The translations under genes were made by a program, and so were the position numbers. DNA of 64,000 nucleotides, from contig CAVRUC010000004.1 of NCBI GenBank assembly GCA_963724295.1, forward strand, positions 288,001 to 352,000, given 5' to 3'. This DNA comes from an uncultured Chloroflexia bacterium. GTDB taxonomy: Bacteria; Chloroflexota; Chloroflexia; Thermomicrobiales; UBA6265. Shown in pieces: positions 63,446-64,000 of the stretch (the stretch's first letter is position 1; the number at the start of each line of letters is the position of its first letter). The notes under the pieces were generated by a model. That model did no database searches and was not told the DNA's origin. It saw only the letters and a list, made by a program, of their open reading frames with translations.

Positions 63446-63505
63446 AAAATCAGAGGTCAGGTTCTTTATATTCTGACAAAACATTAGGCGCAGGGAGACC
63501 GTGCA

Positions 63506-63862
63506 GTGGCAACAACTAGTGCATCTAACGGCCCGTCGGCGGCAATCTCTGCGCGGGAGATCCAAGAACTGGTAATGGCTGGGCTGGCCGTGGTCCAGGC
63601 ACTTACCCCGGCTGAACTGGAACAAGAAGTGAAAGCAGCCGGAGGAGATGTGGAGATCGATTCTCCCCAGGCCGAGGTTATCTTGGCCAGATTCGAAAAG
63701 CACTTTGGCTGCAAACTGCCTGCAGTGTCGGACCTCGACCCGGAGCAGTTCACCAGCATTGAGGCGCTAGTGGAGCTAGTTGAACGACGGCTGGCGGTGA
63801 ACTTGCCATCACCGATCCTATCGCAAGCTAATCGCGATGGTGCGGACGTTCGTGTTGCATGA
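63506..63862 (+). CDS. Acyl-carrier-protein-like small acidic protein
   Basis: EIDSPQAEVILARFEKHFGCKL..FTSIEALVELV resembles the ACP pattern xDSLxxxEL..LExxFG..FxTVxxL; GGGAGA RBS upstream. Confidence 0.6.
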   Translation: MATTSASNGPSAAISAREIQELVMAGLAVVQALTPAELEQEVKAAGGDVEIDSPQAEVILARFEKHFGCKLPAVSDLDPEQFTSIEALVELVERRLAVNLPSPILSQANRDGADVRVA

Positions 63863-63887
63863 CCGTGTTGCTAGAGGGGAGCTGAGA

Positions 63888-64000
63888 TTGGCTTCGACAA
63901 TCTATGGACCGAACCTGTCTCACGCTTGGTTGGCCACCATTGAGCACCTGTTGGCTGTTGGTGGCAAGGCGGTCAATCTTATAACCGTCATAGAATCCAC
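63888..64000 (+). CDS. Truncated ORF running off the window; N-terminus resembles thymidylate-synthase-like proteins
   Basis: AGAGGGGAG RBS, TTG start, MASTIYGPNLSHAWLATIEHLLAVGGKAVNLITVIES, open to the window end. Confidence 0.5.
   Translation, partial: MASTIYGPNLSHAWLATIEHLLAVGGKAVNLITVIES

Overview
This is a high-GC bacterial chromosomal window. It is probably from Chloroflexota (Thermomicrobiales-like), inferred from the many secreted proteins with AQ[D/E]ATP signal-cleavage motifs and the general gene repertoire; no phylogenetic test was run. Most of it is housekeeping and metabolic: tyrS, ppk2, a class A PBP, recX, pyrG, ndh, purH, queG, CoA-transferases and hydrolases. Short 7-9 bp tandem repeats are scattered through the intergenic spaces. 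At least eight otherwise intact genes carry single-base frameshifts, most likely long-read or assembly errors. No rRNA, tRNA or CRISPR array was recognised. Five things stand out. (1) A visibly more AT-rich island from about 60.8 kb runs off the right edge. It encodes a 5-hmdU-DNA-kinase-helical/aGPT-Pplase1-like protein, a divergent thymidylate-synthase-fold enzyme, an acyl-carrier-protein-like protein behind a promoter with a palindromic operator, and the start of a probable second TS-like gene. This is a candidate DNA base hypermodification or defence system. (2) An ECF sigma factor is followed by a zinc anti-sigma (HxxxCxxC) domain fused to O6-alkylguanine-DNA alkyltransferase. (3) A single-chain tandem malic enzyme has two halves that have degenerated in a complementary way. 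(4) Cu/Zn-SOD-like secreted domains occur in two circularly permuted orders. (5) Two SH3 cell-wall hydrolase genes share an upstream motif. All family assignments are from motif recognition by eye; no database search was run.
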